This document shows, piece after piece, positions 9,911 through 17,973 of a DNA stretch of 59,320 bases. Origin of the DNA: Clostridia bacterium (GTDB lineage Bacteria; Bacillota; Clostridia; UBA1381); NCBI GenBank assembly GCA_045606465.1, contig JAZURZ010000056.1:1-59320 (forward strand), read 5' to 3'. Made by a program: the position numbers and the translations under genes. A model generated the notes under the pieces. The model saw only the letters and a list, made by a program, of their open reading frames with translations. It was not told the DNA's origin and did not search any database. Positions within the stretch are counted from its first letter, which is position 1. Each line of letters begins with the position of its first letter.

Positions 9911-10593
9911 TTAAAAGCGAATTAAACAAAGTAAAAGAAAAAATCAAAGCAGCAGCAAATGCATCGGGACGTTCTTGTGAGGATATCACCCTTATTGCAG
10001 TAACAAAAACCCATCCTGTACAGGTTATTAATGAAGCAATAGAGCTTGGTATTACTGACATAGGAGAAAACAAGGTTCAGGAAATTTTAGAAAAATATGA
10101 TTATGTCAAGCACGTAAGATGGCACTTGATAGGACATCTGCAGACAAATAAGGTTAAATATATAATAGATAAGGTCCATATGATACATTCGGTTGACTCG
10201 ATAAAGCTTATGGACGAAATAGAAAAACAGGCAATAAAGCATAATACAAAAATGAAAATTCTTATACAAGTGAACATATCGGGAGAGGAAAGCAAATTCG
10301 GAATTGCCCCCCAAGAGCTTGAGGAAATGCTTTTGCACGCACAAAAGCTTTCGGCTGTGAAGGTGTGCGGTCTTATGATGATAGCACCGAAAATTGACAA
10401 TAATATGTCGAACAGATTACATTTTGATAACATACGCAAGATTTATATTGACATATCAAAGAAAAAATATGATAATGTTAGTATGGAATACCTGTCTATG
10501 GGCATGAGCTCAGATTATGAGGAGGCCATAGAATTCGGCTCAAATATGGTACGGGTGGGAAGTGCCATATTTGGAAAAAGAAATTATACATAG
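9907..10593 (+). CDS. ylmE: YggS/YlmE-family pyridoxal-phosphate homeostasis protein
   Basis: 228 aa with LIAVTKT (PLP lysine), WHLIGHLQTNKV and SMGMSSDYEEAIE motifs. It sits upstream of sepF. Confidence 0.92.
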   Translation: MIKSELNKVKEKIKAAANASGRSCEDITLIAVTKTHPVQVINEAIELGITDIGENKVQEILEKYDYVKHVRWHLIGHLQTNKVKYIIDKVHMIHSVDSIKLMDEIEKQAIKHNTKMKILIQVNISGEESKFGIAPQELEEMLLHAQKLSAVKVCGLMMIAPKIDNNMSNRLHFDNIRKIYIDISKKKYDNVSMEYLSMGMSSDYEEAIEFGSNMVRVGSAIFGKRNYT

Positions 10594-10633
10594 AGGAAGG
10601 GTATAACTTTTTTCGAAGTATAAAGAGAAAGGA

Positions 10634-11071
10634 ATGTTTACAGAAATGGGATTTGTAGAAACAGTTAAGGAATTTATCGGATTTGGCGACATCGAGGAAG
10701 ATGAAGAGGAATTTGAATATGAAGAGCCTGTAGAAGAAACTAAAGTTTCAAGAAAAAATAAAGTAGTTCCCCTGCAAAGTGCTCAGAACCAGAATAAAAT
10801 TGTAATTCTGAAGCCCAAATGCTTCAGCAATTCCACTTCTGTTGCTGACGAGCTTAAGAAAAGACGCTCGGTGGTTATAGATGTCGGTGCCTTGGACCCT
10901 GATGAAGCAAGAAGGGTTATTGATTTTATTGCAGGTACAATTTATGGTCTGGATGGCAGAATGCAAAAGGTTTCAGGCGGAATTTTCCTTGCAACTCCAT
11001 CGCAGATTGATATTACAGGCGAAATTCTTAAGGATGCTGAAAATGGCGGCTTTAATTGGAGTATGTTTTAA
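10634..11071 (+). CDS. sepF: cell division protein SepF
   Basis: 145 aa with an acidic linker and the conserved C-terminal domain VVIDVG.LD.DEARRVIDFIAGTIYGLDG.MQKVS..IFL. An alternative start is at 10646. Confidence 0.9.
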   Translation: MFTEMGFVETVKEFIGFGDIEEDEEEFEYEEPVEETKVSRKNKVVPLQSAQNQNKIVILKPKCFSNSTSVADELKKRRSVVIDVGALDPDEARRVIDFIAGTIYGLDGRMQKVSGGIFLATPSQIDITGEILKDAENGGFNWSMF

Positions 11072-11250
11072 TTTGCCTGCCGATTTTAGACGCCCCAGTA
11101 AGAACTTTGCTAAAAAACCAAAAAAATTAAACCTTTCATAGGTTAATTTTGGAAAAATTGTTGTTTTTACAATAAAAAGCGTCGTTTTTTAAGCGACGCT
11201 TTAGTTTGAGTTTAGGACAAAATATCCCTTTTGTGGTTTTTAGGTTTGAT

Positions 11251-12003
11251 ATGGATAATGAAGAAAAATTGCTTATATCTCGCACAGAGGACAAAATCAG
11301 ACTTTGTTTAAAATATGCGTCATCTCAGTTTATGCATTTTTTAAACGAAGCCGAAATGCAAATAGTAAGTGAATATGTAAAATCAAAAAATGATGCTCTT
11401 TGCATGCTTTTTGGGGGATATGATGATGCAAGAAGATGTATTTTAGGAGTTTTCCCTGAATGGGAGGAGCCTGCGTGTGAGGCTTTTCCTATTGCTGCTT
11501 TGGAAATTAAAAAGGGTTATAATATATCTTTAACCCATCGTGATTATCTTGGTGCAGTGCTTTCTTTGGGAATAGAACGCACCAAGGTAGGGGATATCTT
11601 AACAAAAGATGATGGTGCATATGTTTTTGTTATGGAAGATATTGCAGATTTTGTAATCGGCAACTTAAAAAAAATAGCAAATTGCGGTGTTTGTGTAAAG
11701 AGAGCAGAAAATGTCTGCGACCTTCCAAAACCCGAATATGAGCATATAAGTGCAGTTGCAGCGTCCGAGAGGCTTGATGCTCTTGTTGCCGCCGCTCTTA
11801 ATATATCCAGAAATCAGGCAACACTTTTGATAAATTCAGGCAGGGTGATGGTAAATCATAAAGAGGTTTTAAAAACGTCTTTTGTTTTAAAAAAAGGGGA
11901 TTTGATGAGCATCAGAGGTGCAGGCAGAATTGAATTGGAAGAAATAGGGAACAATACAAGGAGCGGAAGACTCCATGTTCTTTTTAAAAAATATGTAAAA
12001 TAA
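11251..12003 (+). CDS. ylmH: YlmH-family RNA-binding protein with S4 domain
   Basis: S4 motif RLDALVAAALNISRNQATLLINSGRVMVNHKEV. It lies between sepF and divIVA. The ORF opens at TTG 11206; ATG 11251 is preferred. Confidence 0.85.
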   Translation: MDNEEKLLISRTEDKIRLCLKYASSQFMHFLNEAEMQIVSEYVKSKNDALCMLFGGYDDARRCILGVFPEWEEPACEAFPIAALEIKKGYNISLTHRDYLGAVLSLGIERTKVGDILTKDDGAYVFVMEDIADFVIGNLKKIANCGVCVKRAENVCDLPKPEYEHISAVAASERLDALVAAALNISRNQATLLINSGRVMVNHKEVLKTSFVLKKGDLMSIRGAGRIELEEIGNNTRSGRLHVLFKKYVK

Positions 12004-12027
12004 ATAAAAAAAGGGAGCGTGTAATTT

Positions 12028-12465
12028 ATGTTAACACCAATTGATATTCAAAAGCAGGATTTTGATGTTAGTTTCAGAGGATATAATGCAGATGAGGTGG
12101 ATGATTTTTTGGATATGGTCGGCAACGACTATGAAAAATTGTATAAGGAAAATATAGAACTAAAGGATAAGGTTGCAACCCTTCAAGCCTCTGTGGAGCA
12201 ATATAAAAATATGGAAAGTGCACTAAAGGATTCTATTCTTCTTGCTCAGAATGCAGCTGAAGAAATAAAGAAGAATGCTACGGAGCGTGCAGATAATATG
12301 ATGACCGACGCACAAAATAAGGCATCTGACATAATGCGTCAGACAAATGACGACATTCTTGCTCGTAAAAAAGAACTTACAGATTTGCAGCTTGAGATAG
12401 ATTCATATAAATCACAGGTGAAAAATCTATGCGAAAGAGTTGTCGATTTGATTGATAAAATGTAA
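12028..12465 (+). CDS. divIVA: DivIVA-domain cell division/septum site protein
   Basis: N-terminus MLTPIDIQKQDFDVSFRGYNADEVDDFLD followed by coiled coil. Confidence 0.92.
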   Translation: MLTPIDIQKQDFDVSFRGYNADEVDDFLDMVGNDYEKLYKENIELKDKVATLQASVEQYKNMESALKDSILLAQNAAEEIKKNATERADNMMTDAQNKASDIMRQTNDDILARKKELTDLQLEIDSYKSQVKNLCERVVDLIDKM

Positions 12466-12501
12466 ACATAACAAAACCATACTGAAAGGACGAAACATAA
12501 A

Positions 12502-15285
12502 ATGTGTGAAAAGAAGGATTATACAAAGTCGGTAAATTTACCTGCTACAGATTTTCCAATGAGGGGTAATTTGCCGCAGCGTGAGCCTGAAACCCTTACT
12601 TATTGGGAGGAAATTGACCTTTACAATCAGTTAAAGGAAAGAAACAAGGGAAAAACTCCCTTTATTTTGCACGATGGGCCTCCATATGCAAACGGTGACA
12701 TTCATATGGGACACGCACTTAATAAGATTTTGAAGGATATTATAGTTCGTTATAAGAGCCTTAAAGGCTTTTATGCACCCTATGTTCCCGGCTGGGATAC
12801 TCATGGTCTTCCTATTGAGCAGCAGGCAATTAAAAAGCTTGGAATTAATCGCCATGAAGCAGGCCCTGTAAAATTCAGAGAAGCCTGCAGAGAATTTGCA
12901 AAAGCGAATGTGGAAAATCAGAAGGTGCAATTTAAACGCCTTGGAGTTATTGGAGATTGGGAAAATCCATATCTTACCTTGACAAATGATTTTGTCGCAA
13001 CTCAAATAGAGGTGTTTGGCAAAATGGCGGAAAAGGGACTTATATACAAAGGCTTAAAGCCGGTTTATTGGTGTCCGCATTGTGAAACCGCCTTGGCAGA
13101 GGCAGAAATTGAGTATGCCGAGGATGCTACAAATTCAATTTATGTGAAATTCAAAGTAAAGGACGACCATGGAAAATTTGAGGGTCTTGAAAATGTTTAT
13201 TTTGTAATATGGACCACCACTACATGGACCTTGCCTGGAAATATTGCAATTTGTTTAAATCCCGATTTTGAATACTCACTTGTAAAGGTTTCAAATGGTG
13301 AGATTTATGTTTTGGCAACTGAACTTATCGATTCGGTTATGACAGCTGCAAAAATTGAGGGCGGATATGAAATTTTAAAGAAATTCAAAGGCTCCGAGCT
13401 TGAGCTTATGACCTGCGAGCATCCTTTTATTAAAAGAGAATCACTTGTTATTGTGGGTGACCATGTAACCTTGGACGCAGGTACAGGTTGTGTTCATACG
13501 GCTCCCGGACATGGTGCAGAGGACTATATCGTATGCAAAAATTATCCTCAGCTTGAAATTATAGTGCCAGTTGACGAAAAGGGACACTTAAATGAGCTTG
13601 CAGGCGAATTTGCAGGAATGTTCTACGAAAAATCAAATGAAAAAATAATTGAAAGATTAACCGAGGACGGAAGTCTTTTGGCAGTTGAGAAGATAATCCA
13701 CCAATATCCACATTGCTGGAGATGCGACAGCCCCATAATTTTCAGAGCAGCAGACCAGTGGTTTGCATCGGTTGATGCTCTTAAAGACGATGCAGTAAAG
13801 GCAATTAAAAATGTTCGCTGGATTCCCCAATGGGGCGAGGACAGAATTACATCTATGGTGCTTGACAGAAGTGATTGGTGTATTTCACGTCAGAGAACAT
13901 GGGGAGTTCCCATTCCAATGTTTTATTGCAAAGATTGCGGCAAGGAGCTTATAAATAAAGAAACCATTGCGGCAGTGAGCAAGCTTTTCAGAACTCAAGG
14001 TGCAGACAAATGGTGGGAGCTTGAAGCTGATAAAATTTTGCCTGAGGGAACAAAGTGCGAGTGCGGCTGCACACACTTTACCAAGGAAAAAGACATAATG
14101 GACGTTTGGTTTGATTCAGGCTCCTCACATGAGGCAGTGTGTGGTGACCGTGACGACCTTTGTCTTCCTGCAGATGTCTATCTTGAGGGAAATGACCAAT
14201 ACAGAGGATGGTTCCAGTCCTCACTTCTTACAAGCGTAGCAACCAATGGAGGCGCACCTTATAAAATTGTTATTACACATGGTATGATACAAGACGGAGA
14301 AGGAAAGAAGATGTCAAAATCAAAAGGCAACTCCATCTCTCCGCAGGAAATTGTTGACCAGTATGGTGCTGATGTTTTAAGACTCTGGGTTGTTTCTGCA
14401 GATTATAAGACCGACATGAGAATGTCACAAGATGCATTAAAGCAGCTTTCAGAAGGCTATAGAAAGCTTCGTAATACTGCAAGATATATCATGAGCAATA
14501 TCAACGACTTTGACCCCAACAAGGACATGGTTGCATATGAGGATATGGAAGAGCTTGATAAGTGGGCATTACTAAAGCTTAATCAGCTTGTTAAAAAGAC
14601 AATTGCTTCTTATGAGGATTATGAATTCCATGGAATTTACAATGCAATTCTCAATTTCTGCATAGTTGATATGAGTAATTTCTATCTTGATATATTAAAG
14701 TCAAGACTTTATACTGAAAAGCCGACAGCACATAAAAGAAGAAGCGCACAATCTGCAATGTATATCATTCTTGATGCACTTGTAAAATTGCTTGCACCAG
14801 TAATTTCTTTCACAGCTGAAGAAATATGGAAGTTTATGCCTCATTATGACAAGGACGATAAGAGAAGCGTAATGTTCTCAGATATGCCCGAGGCAGACTC
14901 AAAATATGACAACAAAGAACTGGAAGAAAAATGGAGCCGCATAATAGAAATAAGAAATGATGTAAACAAGGCTCTTGAGCTTTCAAGAAATGATAAGCTT
15001 GTAGGAAAATCTCTTGATGCAGAGGTTGTTGTTGCGGCTAAAGGCGAATTGTACGATTTTCTTAAAAATATTGAGCCTGAACTTTCTGAGATATTTATTA
15101 CATCAAATGCAATCGTTGAAGAAAATGCTCCTGAGGGAGCCTACGAGGGCGATGTTGTAGCAGTTAAGGTTGAAGCAAGCAAGCATGAAAAGTGCGGACG
15201 CTGCTGGGTACACTCAGAAACTGTAGGAACCATTGAAGGTTTTGATGGAATTTGCGCCGATTGCGTAAGAAAATTAACTGAATAA
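12502..15285 (+). CDS. ileS: isoleucine--tRNA ligase (type 1, C-terminal Zn finger)
   Basis: 927 aa with HMGH (HIGH) and KMSKS signatures, a CP1 editing domain, and C-terminal CGRCW...CADC. Confidence 0.98.
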   Translation: MCEKKDYTKSVNLPATDFPMRGNLPQREPETLTYWEEIDLYNQLKERNKGKTPFILHDGPPYANGDIHMGHALNKILKDIIVRYKSLKGFYAPYVPGWDTHGLPIEQQAIKKLGINRHEAGPVKFREACREFAKANVENQKVQFKRLGVIGDWENPYLTLTNDFVATQIEVFGKMAEKGLIYKGLKPVYWCPHCETALAEAEIEYAEDATNSIYVKFKVKDDHGKFEGLENVYFVIWTTTTWTLPGNIAICLNPDFEYSLVKVSNGEIYVLATELIDSVMTAAKIEGGYEILKKFKGSELELMTCEHPFIKRESLVIVGDHVTLDAGTGCVHTAPGHGAEDYIVCKNYPQLEIIVPVDEKGHLNELAGEFAGMFYEKSNEKIIERLTEDGSLLAVEKIIHQYPHCWRCDSPIIFRAADQWFASVDALKDDAVKAIKNVRWIPQWGEDRITSMVLDRSDWCISRQRTWGVPIPMFYCKDCGKELINKETIAAVSKLFRTQGADKWWELEADKILPEGTKCECGCTHFTKEKDIMDVWFDSGSSHEAVCGDRDDLCLPADVYLEGNDQYRGWFQSSLLTSVATNGGAPYKIVITHGMIQDGEGKKMSKSKGNSISPQEIVDQYGADVLRLWVVSADYKTDMRMSQDALKQLSEGYRKLRNTARYIMSNINDFDPNKDMVAYEDMEELDKWALLKLNQLVKKTIASYEDYEFHGIYNAILNFCIVDMSNFYLDILKSRLYTEKPTAHKRRSAQSAMYIILDALVKLLAPVISFTAEEIWKFMPHYDKDDKRSVMFSDMPEADSKYDNKELEEKWSRIIEIRNDVNKALELSRNDKLVGKSLDAEVVVAAKGELYDFLKNIEPELSEIFITSNAIVEENAPEGAYEGDVVAVKVEASKHEKCGRCWVHSETVGTIEGFDGICADCVRKLTE

Positions 15286-15295
15286 TAAAAAAGAC

Positions 15296-15333
15296 AAAAA
15301 GCAACATTTTTTATATAAATGCTGCTTTTTGTT
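15296..15333 (+). terminator. rho-independent terminator after ileS
   Basis: AAAAAGCAACATT ... AATGCTGCTTTTT hairpin with one mismatch and a T-run. Confidence 0.7.
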
Positions 15334-15400
15334 TAAATAAAACAAAAAAGTCACATATAGAAAAAATATCACATTTTAAGTATTGATATTTTCGCATATT

Positions 15401-15443
15401 AAAAACCACGCATTATTCATTTTAGATATATGCGTGGTTTTTT
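15401..15443. terminator. second terminator-like hairpin, bidirectional in appearance
   Basis: AAAAACCACGCA, a 19-nt loop, then TGCGTGGTTTTTT. Confidence 0.6.
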
Positions 15444-15506
15444 AAAGATATTTTTTAAAAAAATATAAAATTTTTTCAAAAATGTATGTTCTTTTTTGAA
15501 AAAGTA

Positions 15507-15515
15507 TGTTATAAT
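15507..15515 (+). promoter_or_regulatory. extended -10 promoter candidate for yicC
   Basis: TGTTATAAT (TGnTATAAT) about 145 nt upstream of the yicC ATG. No good -35 element. Confidence 0.4.
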
Positions 15516-15659
15516 AATCACATAAGCGGTTACCAAAGCCAAAAAATGGCTTTGTGATTGATGTGATTATTAAAAACAAAGAAAAAGCTATATTAATAGC
15601 TCTGATATATTATTATTACATAAAAGATAATAAAGCAGGTGAATTGTGTGTTAAAGAGT

Positions 15660-16526
15660 ATGACAGGGTATGGAAGATGCGAAAATATTGATGGGGGAAA
15701 GAAAGTTCAGGTTGAAATAAAATCTGTAAACCATCGCTATTCAGATTATTCAGTCAAGGTTCCAAGATATTATGGCTTTTTGGAAGACAGAATAATAAAG
15801 ACGGTGTCCAAAACTGTAGCCAGAGGCAAAATTGATATATATGTAGGAATAGAAAATTATGGCGATTCATCGGTGGAGATTTCCTTAAATGAGGATTATG
15901 CGAAAAATTACATAGAAGTTTTGAAGCTCTTAAAAGAAAAATTTGATTTGCGCGATGATATTTCGGTGACAAGCGTTGCAAGAAATCAGGAAATTTTCAA
16001 CATTGAAAGAAAGCAGGAGGACGAGGAGGAAATCTGGGAGTTGGTTGAACCAGTTCTTTTGGAGGCTTTAGGAGCCTTTGTCCAAATGAGAGAACGTGAG
16101 GGCGAAAGAATAAAAGCCGATTTGGTTGAGCGTATTGAATATATGAAAACCCTTGTTTCGGAAATTGAAAAAAGGTCGGAGTTAACAGTTTTGGAATATC
16201 AAAAAAGACTTTATGCTAAAATAAAAGAGGTTTTAGAAGAAAAAGAAATTGATGATGCAAGAGTTTTAACTGAGGTTGCAATATTTGCAGACAAGGTTGC
16301 AGTGAATGAAGAGCTTGTAAGACTTTCAAGCCATTTTGAGGAGTTTTATAATATTATAGATTCAGGCGAGCCAGCAGGAAGAAAGCTTGATTTTCTCATT
16401 CAGGAAATAAATCGTGAGATAAATACTACGGGCTCTAAGGCAAATGATATAGAAATAGCAAAAATTGTAGTAGCCCTGAAGGCAGAAACCGAAAAACTGC
16501 GTGAGCAAATACAAAATATAGAATAA
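15660..16526 (+). CDS. yicC: YicC-family stress-induced protein (endoribonuclease-like)
   Basis: MTGYGR N-terminus, EIKSVNHRY, and C-terminal DFLIQEINREINTTGSKA. The ORF opens at GTG 15639. Confidence 0.9.
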   Translation: MTGYGRCENIDGGKKVQVEIKSVNHRYSDYSVKVPRYYGFLEDRIIKTVSKTVARGKIDIYVGIENYGDSSVEISLNEDYAKNYIEVLKLLKEKFDLRDDISVTSVARNQEIFNIERKQEDEEEIWELVEPVLLEALGAFVQMREREGERIKADLVERIEYMKTLVSEIEKRSELTVLEYQKRLYAKIKEVLEEKEIDDARVLTEVAIFADKVAVNEELVRLSSHFEEFYNIIDSGEPAGRKLDFLIQEINREINTTGSKANDIEIAKIVVALKAETEKLREQIQNIE

Positions 16527-16610
16527 ATTGTTTTAAAATTTCAAATGTTATAAAATGTAAACAGAGGTTATTTTTGTTTTCTTTACTAAAGAAAGGAAGT
16601 TTTTTAAAAA

Positions 16611-16877
16611 ATGAAGCTTATCAACATAGGGTTTGGAAACATGGTATCAGCTAACAGGCTTGTGGCTATTGTAAGTCCCGAATCCGCTCCGATAAAGAGA
16701 ATAATAAGAGAAGCAGAGGACAAGGGTATGCTTGTTAATGCAACCTATGGACGAAGAACAAGAGCTGTTTTGGTCACAGACAGTTCGCATGTAATTTTGT
16801 CCTCTATACAGCCTGAAACTATTGCCAACAGGCTTTCGGCAACAGAGGAAGAGGTTGAGGAGGAAGTTTATGAGTAG
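16611..16877 (+). CDS. remA: RemA/YlzA (DUF370) regulator
   Basis: 88 aa with [30 protein letters not shown]...[17 protein letters not shown]. It sits immediately upstream of gmk. Confidence 0.9.
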   Translation: MKLINIGFGNMVSANRLVAIVSPESAPIKRIIREAEDKGMLVNATYGRRTRAVLVTDSSHVILSSIQPETIANRLSATEEEVEEEVYE

Positions 16878-17466
16878 AGGAAGTCTTTTTGTTGTTTCAG
16901 GACCATCAGGGACAGGAAAGGGGACAGTTTGTGCAGAACTTTTAAAGTGCGAGCCTGTGTTTTTGTCTGTCTCAACAACAACCCGTGACAAAAGAAAGGG
17001 CGAAATTGACGGAGTAACCTATAATTATACAACGCCTGAGTCTTTTAAGGCTATGATTGATAATGACGAAATGCTGGAATGGGCAATATATAATGGCAAT
17101 TACTATGGAACCCCTAAAAAAACAGTTGAAAAAATGCTTGCAGATGGCAAAAATGTACTGCTTGAGATAGAGCCTCAGGGTGCTTTAAAGGTAAAGAATA
17201 TGCTGCCTGAAACGGTGCTTATATTTGTAATTCCGCCATCTATGAAGGAGCTTAAAAAAAGGCTTGAAGAAAGAGGAAGAGAAACTCCCGAACAAATTAC
17301 CCAGCGTATTAATGCCGCCGCATGGGAGATCGAGCAGGCGTTAAAATATAACGAAATTGTCGTAAATGACGATTTAAAAAATTGTGTTGATACCATAGCA
17401 AAAATCATACAAAAAAGAAATGAAAAAAATGCAGAATTGGAGAGATTGTTAAATGAAAAAGTCTAA
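16870..17466 (+). CDS. gmk: guanylate kinase
   Basis: P-loop [10 protein letters not shown] and TTR motif. ATG 16870 overlaps the remA stop by 8 nt (the ORF opens at 16822). Confidence 0.93.
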   Translation: MSRGSLFVVSGPSGTGKGTVCAELLKCEPVFLSVSTTTRDKRKGEIDGVTYNYTTPESFKAMIDNDEMLEWAIYNGNYYGTPKKTVEKMLADGKNVLLEIEPQGALKVKNMLPETVLIFVIPPSMKELKKRLEERGRETPEQITQRINAAAWEIEQALKYNEIVVNDDLKNCVDTIAKIIQKRNEKNAELERLLNEKV

Positions 17467-17494
17467 TTTAAAAAAAGATGAAGGTTCAACAATT

Positions 17495-17836
17495 ATGATT
17501 AATCCTGGAATTACAGACCTTACAAAATGTGTCGATTCAAGATATACCCTTGTTACAATGGTATCAAAGCGTGCAAGAATGATTGGTGCATCCGACGAGG
17601 GTCTTGTTCCATGTAATTCGAAAAAAGCAGTTTCCATTGCAGTTGAAGAGGTTGCCTCAGGTAAGGTGGGATATATTCGCAGAGAAAGATGCTATAACGA
17701 AGACACCTTCTACACTGAAAATATAAAGGACGATGCAGTAAATCTTGACGAGGTATCTTTAGAAGAGGAACAAGAAGATGGTGACGCTGAGGCAAAAGAG
17801 CCTGAAGCTGAGGAAGAAAATCCTGCCGAGGAATAA
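17495..17836 (+). CDS. rpoZ: DNA-directed RNA polymerase subunit omega with acidic C-terminal tail
   Basis: MINPGITDLTKCVDSRYTLVTMVSKRARMI matches RpoZ N-termini. The ORF opens at 17453. The tail reads EEEQEDGDAEAKEPEAEEENPAEE. Confidence 0.85.
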   Translation: MINPGITDLTKCVDSRYTLVTMVSKRARMIGASDEGLVPCNSKKAVSIAVEEVASGKVGYIRRERCYNEDTFYTENIKDDAVNLDEVSLEEEQEDGDAEAKEPEAEEENPAEE

Positions 17837-17973
17837 AAAGACATTTTTGGGGTTGTTGCATTAAAAAGCTCTATTGTGTGAAATTCTTCTAAAAAGAAAA
17901 GATATTTTGTGCAATATACCTTTGATGTGGCAGCCCTTGTTTTAAAAATTTTTTAGAAAGGACAGGATTTTTT

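Noticed and set aside
10881-11141. 86-aa ORF that might have been the missing YggT/YlmG
   Set aside because: It overlaps the conserved C-terminal domain of sepF in another frame. Its product is not hydrophobic, whereas YggT is a membrane protein.
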